64,000 nt of DNA from Octopus sinensis. Its lineage: Eukaryota. Shown piece after piece: positions 53,701 to 62,206 of this stretch (position 1 is the first letter of the stretch; each line of letters begins with the position of its first letter). The stretch covers positions 67,642,001 to 67,706,000 of the forward strand of contig NC_043001.1 of assembly GCF_006345805.1 (NCBI RefSeq), in the 5' to 3' direction. The position numbers were made by a program, and so were the translations under genes. The notes under the pieces are model-generated. The model was given only the letters and a program-made list of their open reading frames with translations. It had not been told where the DNA came from and did not search any database.

Positions 53701-56700
53701 CTAAATTATTGGTTATTTTCCAAATTACTTGAATATCAGTAGAAAGATTGTCATAATCATGAACGAATTAATACGCAGTTCACCAAACTACAAATAGGCT
53801 ACACATATAATAGGAACTTCATGATCTTGTTGTACTGAATGTAAATCATACCATGAGTATATCTCTGGTGGGTTAGTATTAAGTGTTATTAGAGATAATT
53901 TTTTTAAATGTGTGTGAGAGAGAGAGAGAAAGAGGAGAGAGAGACAGTTGGATTACTCACCTCAGTTTAAACAGATTAGTGAACAAATGGTAATGTTTGT
54001 GATGGAAAAAAATAATGGTAATAATAAGAGAACCTGTTCAGGTCTGCTCTTATTGAATACAAGACAATCTGTGAGAGAATGGAAAATGGTTTATAAAACA
54101 GGTGGGGTTAATGAGGAGAATTGTACAATTCACCTCTGTGGCAAAAATGAACATGTCTTTTGGACAAAGAGGACATTCATACACAACTGTCACCGATGAT
54201 CAATGTTAGCTAACTATAAACAGTTTGGAAATAAACCGATAAAGACAGTTAGAAGAAAGTAATAATAATCCTTTCTAATACAGGTACAAGGCCTGAAATT
54301 TTGAGGGGAAGGAGCAAATCTATTACATTGATCCCAGGGCTCAACTGGTATTTATTTTATCGACTCCCAAAAGGACAAAAGGCAAAGTCAACCTCAGTGG
54401 AATATGAACTCAAAATGTAAAAAGCTAGAAGAAATGCCATTAAGTATTTTGTCTGACACAGTAATGGTTCTCTCAGTTCACCACCTTATAATAATTCCAG
54501 AGAGGAAATTCTTCTACTTATCAAAGGTTAGCACATTCACCATAGCAGTAAAGAAAGGTGGCACTTTAAATTAATTACAATATTCAGAAATAGATGATAT
54601 ACACCTTCATCATAACTTTAACAGTATATTCACACAATGTGTGTTTGTTTAGCCTGAGGTCAATGTTGAACAAGCAGACATAATGATCAAAGATACTCAA
54701 GCCATGGTCATCTCATCTTAGGAGTATGCAAAATTACATTATCTTATGTGTCTTTCCTTAATTTAAGACAGTAGAGTGTGATTCAAAGAAGGGGGGGGGG
54801 CTGTTATTTTAGGCATGCCCAGTAACCACAAAACTATTAGTGATATTTGTTCTTTGCCAAGTTACAAACACTTATCATTTTCACCTTAAGAAATACGGTG
54901 AACACTAATTATAAAATAGATGAAAATACAGCTAATCCAGATGTTATGTAATGGATTTCACAAGCCATATTTACTAAAGTAGTAAGCAGTGGGGGAGGTT
55001 AAGCCAAGAAGTGATACAAGAATATGAGAAAAGAGAGACAAGAAAGTGAAAGAATTAGTGATGATGATTAGCAGTTGATGAAAGAATTGGCAAAAAAAGT
55101 TGAGAGTTATTGTTAAGTTTTTAGGCCTGGAGACAGAGGAAAACTGTCACAGCTTCAACAGCAACATTAAAATAATTAGAGTTTTAGAAATAGTGAAGCA
55201 ACCAAAGGATAATAGGGTCCAAGCAGGAGGAAGAAATCACAAATTTCTAGTTTGGAAACAGGAAAGTGGGTAGCGAGTTGGGGGGGAAATAGAAAAAAGC
55301 AACAGATCAAAGAATTTGAAAGACAGGTAAGTTAAGTAGGTTGGCAATGAAATTGTGATAGTTAGCTAACTGGTGAACAAAGATGATAGAGGTAAAACTG
55401 GCCTCATTGAATACAAGGTGAAACATGTTGGTTAACAGAGATGATATGTGTACAACTCACCTCAGTGAACAGACAGGATGAACGTGAGCATTGATAACCT
55501 TAGCTATTCCTCTCGTCAAGAAGTCCCACAAAACAATGCGGCCATCGTTGCAACCAACGGCCAAAATGGTTCCTTGCCGGTTGAACACACATGTTACAGC
55601 GATGCTCACGCAATCCAAAGCACCATCAAACTCCTGAAAAAAGCAAGACTCAGTTATTATCAAAAATAACAATGACAATCTTATGACCTGTTTAATTACT
55701 GTCTGCAACAAGTCAGGTAAATCCATTTCTGTTGAACAATCAAATAAAAAAAATCAACAGACAGACTGGAAGGCAGGCAGCCAATCTGACAATGTTATAG
55801 GAAATGAGTTTTCATTATTAAAACACCCAAATCACAATAATTCATCAACATTCAGATATCAGTATATCTTAGAGCTGTTGACAGCAAGCAGACTAACAAT
55901 TTAAAACTGTAAGGTTTATATATATGTATAAAGAACTAAAAGACACACCAATAACTCTTTTACCATCTATCTTAAATGTGAAAGCAGCTATAAGTAATAG
56001 CTCATGATACATTATCAATTTATGTCCACTTTCTATGCTAGAATGGGTTGGATGTTTTGACCAAGTCTTCTTATTCCAGTGTTCCAGTTTAGACATGGAT
56101 TCTTATAATGCCAACCACTTTACAGAGTGAACTGGGTGCTATTTTCATGACACCAATACTAACAAGGTTGTCTTTTAGCTTGAAGACTAAAAAAAACCCT
56201 TGACTGAAAGGGATGATAGGGTGATCACATTAAGCAAAAGAGAAGATTTATGGTTACCTCTCATATTACATAGATAAATAGAAGAAGATTGAGTTAAAAA
56301 CCCAAGGTAGTAAAAGAGGTGGAAAACCAGCCATGGCATTTGAACTATGCATCTATCATAATCTGGTCATCATACACATCAAAGTAACTGACTAACCATC
56401 TAGTTTATAGAAGATACACAGTTTAAGTTCCTTGGATGGCTTTCACCTTCTTTTCTGTCCAAGGGATGTTTTAACCCAAATCACTTTGAGTTTTTACTTA
56501 TAGTTACATTCGCATTCAAGACACATTGTAAAAGTAACATATTTACTAATTAATATATTTTCCAAACAAGTGATGGAGAATCAAAATTACACATAACTAA
56601 GGATTTATTATTCCACGTTAATATTTGGTAATAAGTGTTAAACTAAGTAAATAAAGACTATATATTAATATGGTTTAAAACATATAAGTGTTCAATTACA

Positions 56701-59700
56701 AATCTTTAAGTTTAGATCCCAGAAATTTTCACATCTCTGGTTGGTTCAGTATTCCATCAGTGGATAAGGAAACAGATCCAATACTGAATGTAAATACAAA
56801 TGTCATTATTGGGCTAATGATCTTTTGATGATACAACTCTAATTGGAATTCTGTTTACAGTAAATTCCTGTTATTTTAATATCAGTAGTTAAAGGAAACC
56901 TGCCAAAGTTACAATGTCAGAAGTTTCAGCTCATATCTGGATCATAATACTAAGAGGAAGGATGCTGGAAAATGGATTGTTATTAAGTGTAGAAAACATT
57001 ACCTCAGGATGATTTTGTCCAAATGATTCTGAAAAAGAAAGAAAAAAGAAATTTAGCAAATTTAATAATATTTCATTTACTACTAAGGGTTCACAAAAAC
57101 AGTTGGAACAATGCATTTCCCCCTTCTTGTTCTGTACTTTTCCAAGTGCAATACTTAAGAATATTCTAAGATTCTGTACCTGCATTTTTCATTTTAGACC
57201 TCTTTTTTTCCACACAACAAATCTAGAGAGAATTGAACACTGTATATCTCAAACTCCTGTTAAGTGCTCTGCACTATTAAGCTAAGCAGCCCATGACATC
57301 AGATACCGTGTTTTATTACACTAAATATTTTAAAATGATAACCGAAAAAAATTATACTATTGTAAATAATTTTTAAATACAGATTTTGTTCAAACTTTAA
57401 ATTTTATTTGCACCTAAAAATAACAAAGGATTAATAGCAGCATACTTGTTACAAATAAATTTATTTTTAAACAATTTTCACTATAAAATAATGTCATATT
57501 CTAATTAGATCATTAATAATTAATGTTTTTTATGAGTGAAATTTTTCCTTCTAATATGCACATAAACAGAATACAATAGGAAATTACAAAAAAACCATAA
57601 CTTTATTTTATGCTTAATATTTTTTGATGGGGTTTTCTCCTAAATATTCATCTTGATGAACTCTTTCAATGGAGTTCAAATAGTAATCTTCTCTTAAAAA
57701 GACAAAAATATTTTGATATTTTAAAATTATCACCTTTTTTTCATCACTTAAAGCCACACAAGTCTTTTTTTTTTTTTTAGCTGATATTTTTTGACAAGGT
57801 TTTTCGCCATGAAATTCTGAAGTAAATCTCAAATGCAGAGTAGCTGTGAAAACAGCTAAGAGCAGCTAAATACTCTTAGAAAATGGAAAAACAAAAAGGA
57901 GCCAGCAAGCTACTACAGAGAATCAAAGTCTAGAAATGCTCACATGGGTGAATGATAAAGATATAGCATTCAATTTGGTTGAGAACTGAATAAGTGATGA
58001 AGCCTAGAAGAGCTTGCAAGTGACTAAAATTTGACCTTAAGAATAACTTTGAAGGGCCAAGTAAAGCAGTATTTTACAAAAAAATAAAGGAAATCTCAAA
58101 TACAGAATAGCAGTATTTGCTTCAAAGATTGGCTAATTACCCTTAGAAAATGAGAAAAAAGTAGCTAGCAGGCAGCTAGAGAGAATTGAACACTGTATAT
58201 CTCAAACTCTTGTTAAATGCTCTCTCACATTAAGCTAAGTGGTCCATGACATCAGATACTGTATTTTATTACACTAAATATTTTAAAATGACAAAAATAC
58301 TTTGATTTGTTAAAATGATCACTTTGTCACTTAAAGCCCTTTTTTTTTGTAGATAATATTTTTTGACGATGTTTTTTACCATAAAATTCAAAACATCGGG
58401 CTCTTTCATTTGAACACAGCTATTGTATAGTTTTCTTTTACAATAGCTTTTTGGCTATTGTAATAGCCTTTTGGGGGCTACTTACCATTTTTCCCACTTA
58501 AAGTCACACTATTTTTTTCGTAGCTTATACTTTGTAATGAGATTTACACTAAAAGAGTCTTCTCAATGAACACATTCTATACTTTTCTTTTAAAATAACT
58601 GAGATATTTTGATTTAATGTAAATTTTTTGCCTTACTCTCCCATCTTTGACCTTTCTGTTTTAATGAACCAAATTTCAATTATTTTATCTTACAATGTAG
58701 TTGAAGACTGGACGATCAATGCTACAAAAAAACTGCATTCAATTTGATTGAGAACTGAATTAGTGATGAAGCCTAGAAGTGTTTGCAAGTAACTAAAAGT
58801 TGACCTTAAGAAATCCAGTCTAAGGTGAATGATACTGTTGTGTAAGTTTAAGAAGCAAAGATATTGAGGGTATTGTGCACACTCACAGAAGGTGGTGTGA
58901 ATATTAAAGAGACCTTAAGGTAGGAATATGTGGACAACACAAGATAGTTAAGCTAACAAGTCACTTGATCTGCTAGAAATAGCAGCAAAATCTCCGACAC
59001 ATGTCTGAAAGAAAGATGAAAAAAATAGCAATATAGACCTGAAATACAAAAAACAAGGTCATGGTTAGAGAATCTTTGCTCCTAGGTGCGCTCAATCAGG
59101 ATTGACCAAAGGCTAGACAACAATGACAATATAAACGTTGTATAACAGGCCTGTCTGGAAAATGTAGAATTCCAGGGTTCACCTCTTGATATGTGCAACT
59201 ACTGGTGTCAGTCACACCTTCAATTATTTCAACCAATAAGATGTGAATGATGAAAACACCAAAAGTACAGTACAGCCATCCAGCATTCGTGAATAAATGT
59301 ACGATTTAAAAAGTATAAAAACATGTACCATGTTTTTGCTAATTGTTTTAAGTGTGTCTGTAGTCGTGAGCAGATATAGGACACACTCTAGGTCCTCCCA
59401 CTCTTGGCCAAGCAAAACATCTAGGGTGTAATCCTTTTTGCCAGCGAGAAAAAAAAAAAAAAAAAAAAAAAAAGCGAAATCGAAATCGAATTGAACCATC
59501 CAGGATCCCTGGTCTGGTGGTACGTAAAAAGCACCATCCGACTCGTGGCCGATGCCAGCACCGCCTCGTCTGGCTTCCGTGCCGGTGGCACATAAAATAC
59601 ACCAATCCGACCGTGGCCGTTGACAGCCTCGCCTGGCACCTGTGCAGGTGGCACGTAAAAAGCACCCACTACACTCACGGAGTGGTTGGCGTTAGGAAGG

Positions 59701-61096
59701 GCATCCAGCTGTAGAAACACTGCCAGATAAGACTGGAGCCTGGTGCAGCCTTCTGGCTTCCCAGATCCCCGGTCGAACCGTCCAACCCATGCTAGCATGG
59801 AGAACGGACGTTAAACGATGATGATGATGATGATGAGAGAGGATAGAAAGTGGGGCGAAGAGAAAGGAAGAGCTGTATCTGTACCCAGCTGGTACTCATT
59901 TATGGCTGAGTAGACTGAATAACGTGAAAAGGAATGCTTCAACTCAAGGAGACAATATGTTGCCTGGTCGAAGAATTGAACCTAGCTGAACATCGTTATC
60001 ACCAGATCACACGTAATTTATATTTAACAAAGACATGAGATGATAAAGAAATCCATGTTAGTCGTGTACATCACTAGTTCTTTGGTTGAATATAACGAAC
60101 ATTACGAGATTTCTATTTAGTATCGAACATCAACAATGTGGTAGAGTAACCCCCCTTGTGAAAATGCCTCGTTAGGATGTATAGCAGATTATTTTGTCTA
60201 GATTCGAATCTGCATATTTGGCTCGTATTACCAAACCTATGATGATAGTAAATGGACACACATATAATGTGAGTATTTTAAAGACAACTTTTAGTGAGAA
60301 CAATGGTACCAATATTACAAAGATGATAGTTTGAAATTCTCGGCTGCTTTCTATACATATTTTGATGACCAGAAATGCGTATAGCGGAACACGGTTTTAC
60401 GATATATAACATTAAATAAAGGAGCTGCGAGCGTGTGTATGTGACACGCTTACACAATCGTGCAAATAAATCTGGTAATCAAACAACACAAACTGATAGA
60501 TTGATTTAAACAACAATTGTCATGTTTGATGCGATGTTCAGCAGAAATAAACAATGGGGACGAACTATAAGGAAATATAACTTCCTATTACAATCAACAA
60601 CAGTAACATTCTACGCTCGAACTACCAGACATAGTAGCAAAATAGCTCAAATCACACACCGTTAACGAAAACAAGGAAGGACACTTTGGATAACGTAGTT
60701 CTAAATAGCCCTAAAAAGATGCAGTAGTTATTGTTTGGATTGATTTTAATCAGACTTAGGCTAAATAACAACGCGACACACTATCTATCTATATAGAGGA
60801 TTCATCTTCCAGAGAGCAGTAAATGCGTTTGCATATCTAACCCTACATTATATTTGATGAACAACCTTAGACACAGACTTTTTCGAAAACAAGAGGAGGG
60901 AAATAAAATCAAAATATAAAACTAGATTTTATATGTACCGTCATTCTTAATAATAATAATAATAACAATAAAAATAATAATAATAATAAAGGAAACAGTA
61001 AAAAGAAAGAATAAAACACGAATTTGAAAAAACATCAAGAGAAAGAAATGTTTTGTTGCAAAGAATATAATTCTTACGTAAAAGTTCCAAGTTCAT
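19218..61096 (-). CDS. RBBP5: Retinoblastoma-binding protein 5 (COMPASS/MLL complex WD40 subunit, Swd1 orthologue), 16 coding exons, about 516 aa
   Basis: join complement 61078-61096, 57003-57028, 55461-55633, 48490-48630, 46145-46229, 43322-43393, 42340-42449, 40995-41114, 40122-40275, 38131-38202, 37099-37216, 35664-35730, 33770-33866, 28670-28787, 23806-23970, 19218-19231 = 1551 nt. All introns GT-AG and in phase. Peptides [64 protein letters not shown] and EEVDVTS are diagnostic of RBBP5. Confidence 0.97.
20223..20533. mobile_element. Two RTE/SINE tails in inverted orientation
   Basis: catcatcaccatcatttaacatttgctttcaatgctggcatgggttggacag (20223-20272) is complementary to ctgtccaacccatgctgcatggaaaacaaatgttaattgatgatgat (20488-20533). 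Confidence 0.75.
20535..23075 (-). mobile_element. Decayed RTE-clade LINE (AP endonuclease + reverse transcriptase remnants)
   Basis: EN: LRVGTLN...[11 protein letters not shown]...IISVYAPQ...FVAGD (22434-22979). RT: NYRGIK...QFGF...[11 protein letters not shown] (21677-22048), QGSVLSP and Y.DD-like near 21440-21530. C-terminus RRL.W...GR.KKTW (20611-20799). Multiple frameshifts. Confidence 0.92.
23081..23768. repeat. 688-bp element bounded by ~112-bp inverted repeats (MITE/MULE-like)
   Basis: 23081-23192 is the reverse complement of 23656-23768 with scattered mismatches; 463-bp spacer; no TSD recognised. Confidence 0.85.
23806..23970 (-). CDS. RBBP5: RBBP5 exon 15 ((E)IHPFLNVKK...DQKENI), lysine-rich tail
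   Basis: 165 nt, ttgcag|AG...ATTG|gtaagc; EIHPFL matches the conserved EVHPLL-type motif. Confidence 0.88.
24155..24710 (-). mobile_element. Head-to-tail cluster of about three SINEs with a gcctttcatcc...gataaaataagtaccag central domain (Meta/Nin-like)
   Basis: Copies start near 24155, 24372 and 24575; same family as 34715-34930 (+), 37250-37420, 39210-39420 and 54280-54490. Confidence 0.75.
24753..27691 (+). mobile_element. Decayed Buster/Charlie-type hAT DNA transposon
   Basis: BED-finger-like LPMCFLC...NEAMKPS.LK.HF (~25645), DEST...[24 protein letters not shown] ending ~27275. Ends catagcttcttaaagtggg / tttgagaaacactg; degenerate 8-bp TSD ggttagtg / ggtttgag. Many stops and frameshifts. 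Confidence 0.88.
25045..25445. mobile_element. Probable non-autonomous DNA-element insert within the hAT 5' region
   Basis: ~400 bp of typical MITE-like composition between the hAT left end and the transposase remnant; termini not resolved. Confidence 0.35.
27692..27840 (+). mobile_element. 3' portion of a tRNA-SINE whose first ~18 nt lie at 24734-24752
   Basis: Joining atggttcagaggttag.g to tatcaggctcacaatcatgaggtagtgagtttg restores the head of the SINE at 1880-2145. Confidence 0.8.
28670..28787 (-). CDS. RBBP5: RBBP5 exon 14 (GPEDTMK...[20 protein letters not shown]), basic NLS-like patch
   Basis: 118 nt, ttctag|GGT...GATG|gtaaga; corresponds to the KKxKT..I.L...P.D segment of RBBP5 tails. 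Confidence 0.9.
28834..28892. repeat. 29-bp tandem duplication
   Basis: aaatattgtccaaggttaaattctca twice, period 29. Confidence 0.9.
29340..29680 (-). mobile_element. SINE (2180-type), reverse orientation
   Basis: ttttaatgtccacttttccatgc...tttccgtccaccaaattcactcag...gaagacacttgcccaa. Confidence 0.75.
29700..30065. repeat. Degenerate ~40-bp minisatellite
   Basis: Recurrent aacaatta...attagacagcta units. Confidence 0.65.
30508..32501 (+). mobile_element. Decayed mariner (DD34D-type) transposon interrupted by an RTE fragment
   Basis: [13 protein letters not shown] start at 31541; [10 protein letters not shown] at 31862; [15 protein letters not shown] and PSDYHL motifs. Right TIR 32475-32501 matches left TIR 30508-30534 at 20 of 27 positions; TA flanks. 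Confidence 0.88.
30602..31455 (-). mobile_element. 5'-truncated RTE LINE (ORF C-terminus + repeat-containing 3' UTR + GAT tail)
   Basis: [21 protein letters not shown]...[22 protein letters not shown]-like frame at ~31455-31200; tail catgctagcatgg...gatgatgac at 30602-30640. Confidence 0.88.
32520..32775. repeat. ~200-bp interspersed repeat abutting a (TA)n microsatellite
   Basis: CpG-containing block 32520-32725 directly followed by a perfect (TA)n run, 32726-32775. Confidence 0.5.
33005..33190 (+). mobile_element. RTE/SINE 3' tail
   Basis: gtaaaaagcaccc...ggaaggacatccagcc...ccaacccatgccagcatggaaagcagatgttgtatgatgatgatgac. Confidence 0.8.
33770..33866 (-). CDS. RBBP5: RBBP5 exon 13 ((S)[32 protein letters not shown])
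   Basis: 97 nt, tttcag|C...ATG|gtaggt. Confidence 0.94.
34213..34424 (-). mobile_element. TTAA-flanked MITE, same family as 5017-5240
   Basis: ttaactctttagcattt...aatgctaaacagttaa. Confidence 0.75.
34715..34930 (+). mobile_element. Full-length tRNA-SINE with Meta/Nin-like domain
   Basis: taaggcagtgaactagaagaattgctagcac...gagttcaaattctgcc...gcctttcatccttttggggttgataaaataagtaccag. Confidence 0.8.
35130..35500 (+). mobile_element. SINE (2180-type)
   Basis: ggcatggctgagtggttaagaagtttgcttccc...ggtttcagattcagtccc; RTE-type tail. Confidence 0.8.
35664..35730 (-). CDS. RBBP5: RBBP5 exon 12 ((G)[21 protein letters not shown]), WDR5-binding VDV motif
   Basis: 67 nt, tttaaag|GA...AGTAG|gtaagt. Confidence 0.94.
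37099..37216 (-). CDS. RBBP5: RBBP5 exon 11 ([39 protein letters not shown]), hinge/activation and ASH2L-binding segment
   Basis: 118 nt, ttcag|GAA...AAAG|gtaact. Confidence 0.97.
38131..38202 (-). CDS. RBBP5: RBBP5 exon 10 ([24 protein letters not shown])
   Basis: 72 nt, ttacag|TGG...GTG|gtaagt. Confidence 0.97.
38930..39200 (-). mobile_element. SINE of another family (second copy 48035-48445)
   Basis: Shared ccccacatgcaaggtca...atcagatg.atag.catgat...tatatttgta.c.cagtgtc.ctttgatggcatg. Confidence 0.7.
40122..40275 (-). CDS. RBBP5: RBBP5 exon 9 ((R)[14 protein letters not shown]...ELLLDVV)
   Basis: 154 nt, tttag|AACT...GTG|gtaagt. Confidence 0.97.
40995..41114 (-). CDS. RBBP5: RBBP5 exon 8 ((D)[14 protein letters not shown]...LQDLVN)
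   Basis: 120 nt, ctacag|TTGT...AACAG|gtttga. Confidence 0.96.
42340..42449 (-). CDS. RBBP5: RBBP5 exon 7 ([36 protein letters not shown])
   Basis: 110 nt, ttcag|ATT...GGCGA|gtaagt. Confidence 0.96.
42556..42766. mobile_element. TTAA-flanked MITE (second family)
   Basis: ttaactcttttgat...attaaagggttaa. Confidence 0.6.
43322..43393 (-). CDS. RBBP5: RBBP5 exon 6 ([24 protein letters not shown])
   Basis: 72 nt, attgcag|TCT...AGG|gtcagt. Confidence 0.95.
44050..44450 (+). mobile_element. SINE (2180-type)
   Basis: ggcatggctgtgtggttaaacagtttgc...ttcagtcccactgcatggcaccttgg; tail aaaatgatgatgac. Confidence 0.8.
44720..45720 (+). mobile_element. RTE LINE reverse-transcriptase fragment
   Basis: [13 protein letters not shown]...[12 protein letters not shown] and ELL.ADDL (45015-45040); downstream ILHGSETW motif; ends in RTE tail at ~45685-45720. 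Confidence 0.9.
46145..46229 (-). CDS. RBBP5: RBBP5 exon 5 ((S)[28 protein letters not shown])
   Basis: 85 nt, attgcag|TGATG...GATGAG|gtatgg; phases fit both neighbours. Confidence 0.92.
46860..47990 (+). mobile_element. 3' fragment of a Tx1/L1-clade LINE ORF2 (zf-RVT-type region) with 3' UTR
   Basis: [14 protein letters not shown]....L, a frameshifted cysteine region, then [14 protein letters not shown]...FKFHLKR..RVE...F..RW ending at 47774; AATAAA near 47980. Confidence 0.7.
48490..48630 (-). CDS. RBBP5: RBBP5 exon 4 ((S)[15 protein letters not shown]...FHPRN)
   Basis: 141 nt, ctgcag|TGTAAAC...AATAG|gtaagt. Confidence 0.95.
49818..50264 (-). mobile_element. RTE 3' UTR copy with internal tandem repeats
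   Basis: Same sequence as 30602-31140; includes gccagtcatcgaatttgatttcgatttcacttgcctcaacag. Confidence 0.85.
52870..53480 (-). mobile_element. Highly decayed RTE ORF remnant
   Basis: FSDKLN...LQIWK.NL..TKSLV and [15 protein letters not shown]...KGFSL-like frames, collinear with the RTE at 44720-45560. Confidence 0.55.
55461..55633 (-). CDS. RBBP5: RBBP5 exon 3 (EFDGALDC...HPVCSL)
   Basis: 173 nt, tttcag|GAG...CTGAG|gtgagt; WD40 blade. Confidence 0.97.
57003..57028 (-). CDS. RBBP5: RBBP5 exon 2, 26-nt micro-exon ((Q)SFGQNHPE)
   Basis: ttttcag|AATCATTTGGACAAAATCATCCTGAG|gtaatg. Confidence 0.93.
57223..58813. repeat. Patchwork of four locally duplicated 80-120 bp blocks in RBBP5 intron 1
   Basis: X 57223-57338 / 58176-58291; Z ~57704-57818 / 58293-58390; W ~57825-57920 / 58091-58183; Y ~57966-58043 / 58736-58813. 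Confidence 0.8.
59474..59836 (+). mobile_element. Young, CpG-rich RTE 3' UTR / SINE copy preceded by an A25 run
   Basis: gcgaaatcgaaatcgaa...ggcacgtaaaaagcaccc...ccatgctagcatggagaacggacgttaaac(gat)n; CpGs intact, unlike other copies. Confidence 0.9.
61078..61096 (-). CDS. RBBP5: RBBP5 exon 1 (MNLELL + 1 nt)
   Basis: ATGAACTTGGAACTTTTAC|gtaaga. Confidence 0.92.
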
Positions 61097-61277
61097 GATT
61101 TAATGTGACTTTATGAAACAGGTTCTTGTTTTTCCTTTTTTTCTCAGATATTCCAGAATAAACAGTTGTTGGGAGGGGTTTGTCGAAGAAACTTGGAATA
61201 AACTAGAAACGTGAAAATAAAAGAAATATTATTTTCATTTCTCTCCATCTTCTCATCTCAGCACAGACATAGCTTTT

Positions 61278-61304
61278 ACCGGAAACCAGTTGACGTCACT
61301 TCCG
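61278..61304 (-). promoter_or_regulatory. Overlapping ETS-CRE motif plus a second ETS-like core in the RBBP5 proximal promoter/5' region
   Basis: Minus strand reads CGGAAGTGACGTCA (61304-61291); accggaaa at 61278-61285; ~195 bp upstream of the ATG. Confidence 0.75.
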
Positions 61305-62206
61305 TTTAAAGCTCAGCTCCCTTTTGATTTTTTCTTAACGGTACAATTCACACATAAAATGTTTTATAAGACTATCGAATATTAAAAATCAAGCAAAAAT
61401 AAATATTACGGGCCTAAAATCTTCACGGAATCCTTCCCTTTAAATTTTTTGTTGGCTTTTTTTTTATTCATGTATTTTTGCAAATGGCCTGCAAAGATTA
61501 ATTGTACTATGAATGTTTTCTATATATAAAAGAGTTTATTTAAAAAGTGCAAATGTTTGTGTTATGAACTTCATAATCCAATGTGCCCGTCTAATTTAAG
61601 ATTGCAAGCAGGCGTGAGTTGAGATGGATGTTGCTGCTATTTCTAGTAGACTGGGTGACAACGCAACAGGCTTCAGCCACAGTTTCGGTCCCTCTGATTA
61701 AATGCAGAAATGACAAGGGTGTCAAATAATACCACTTCCTTCTTCTATGAAGATGTGGAGGAAATTTTGTAAATATCTTTTTTTTTTCTCTTTTTTGTTT
61801 ATATAATCAACACAGAAGAATTCTACACAAAGGGAAAAGATCCAAGATTTACTCTACATTCTAGGAGGGAGGAAGTAATGACGAAAGAATTACTGTACAA
61901 TCTGGAGGAAGGAATTCCCGATGACTGAGTTACTCTGAAATCTGAGGGAAGTAGATATGATAGAATATAGAATTGATGTATATACTAGGTGTATGATGGC
62001 GGGTTTAGAGGAGAGAATTGATAATTGTCCACAAGGGACGAACATAGAGGGGTCGGGGTGTGGAATTCGCCAACGAAGCTCAACAGCCAGAATGGGCTGA
62101 AGTATTTGTGAGAGTTTTAAGTCCCCTAGGAAGGAGGAAGTTTTGGTCGTCTCTCAATCTCATTCTGGCCATGGTCCTCTTTAATTCAATGCGAAATTGT
62201 TATGGT

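Noticed and set aside
1068-54490. tRNA-like heads (A/B boxes) as tRNA genes
   Set aside because: Each continues into a SINE body and tail and cannot be folded into a complete cloverleaf by eye.
57990-58025. gtgatgaagc...gcttgcaa (also 58760-58795) as a degenerate hammerhead
   Set aside because: Both copies deviate at both catalytic core segments (gtgatga, gcaa), so there is no support for an active ribozyme.
59348-59798. 105-aa and 125-aa ORFs
   Set aside because: Chance frames across the GC-rich retroposon UTR and the A25 run; similar spurious ORFs occur at 30712-31026 and 49877-50283.
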